From positions 1-57,877 of the forward strand of contig CALVIE010000003.1 of NCBI GenBank assembly GCA_944329385.1: DNA of 57,877 nt, read 5' to 3'. A program made the translations under genes and the position numbers. The notes beneath the pieces were generated by a model. The model did not search any database. It was not told the DNA's origin and worked only from the letters and a program-made list of their open reading frames with translations. Origin of the DNA: an uncultured Bacilli bacterium (GTDB lineage Bacteria; Bacillota_I; Bacilli_A; RF39; UBA660). Every line of letters starts with the position of its first letter. The stretch's first letter is position 1. Below, one piece after another: positions 57,764 to 57,877 of this stretch.

Positions 57764-57877
57764 CTATAAGGTATATGGATTATTTTGGCTTCCATCTCCT
57801 CCAGTGATTTTTACTTCTGATGAAAGATATACCGCAGGACGAACACCCGTACTTCCAGAAGAACTACCATAATTAAA
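57764..57877 (-). CDS. 3' end (partial, runs off the window) of a paralog of 49552..50475
   Basis: The minus strand reads FNYGSSSGSTGVRPAVYLSSEVKITGGDGSQNNPYTL*. The paralog reads ...AVRPSLYLSSKVQIVSGDGSKEIP. Confidence 0.6.
   Translation of the reverse strand, partial: FNYGSSSGSTGVRPAVYLSSEVKITGGDGSQNNPYTL

Noticed and set aside
1-57877. Mollicutes-type genetic code (TGA = Trp)
   Set aside because: Trp is consistently TGG in conserved motifs. TGA terminates motif-complete genes, for example at 22421..22423.

Overview
This is a very AT-rich, standard-code (TGA = stop) chromosomal segment from a low-GC Bacillota organism. It has sporulation genes (spoIID, an M23/SpoIIQ-like gene, cotJ) and Mollicutes/Erysipelotrichia-like traits: a ClpB without an N-domain under a CIRCE operator, a compact AddB and a compact MetK. 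Most of the window is core: rpsF-ssb-rpsR, rpiB, mreB, tagO, typA, an SNF2/SWIM helicase, S-box-metK, a CoA-transferase, addBA and clpB.

Four regions stand out.
1. A DGR-type reverse transcriptase overlaps an Avd-like gene at the left edge (50..1343). No template repeat is visible in the window.
2. About 48 kb away, a 108-nt A-depleted patch rich in NNC codons sits at the 3' end of a secreted-protein gene (49630..49737, minus strand). It looks like a DGR variable region. A truncated paralog at the right edge shows the same trend. I rate this the most interesting signal.
3. An integrase-less accessory or defence-type island lies between tRNA-His (21287..21363) and the metK S-box riboswitch (about 35964). 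It carries a Fic protein with a degenerate motif, a decayed MazG-like gene, an orphan 660-aa zinc-ribbon protein and a Sau3AI-like GATC restriction-modification pair. It also carries a tightly coupled NUDIX-SWIM-alpha/beta-hydrolase trio, a frameshifted HNH gene and two unknown genes.
4. An XRE regulator precedes an SPFH(YdjI-like) gene and two Tim44-like zinc-ribbon genes (50591..53486).

All coordinates and counts were indexed by hand. Family assignments rest on motifs I recognise, not on database searches.
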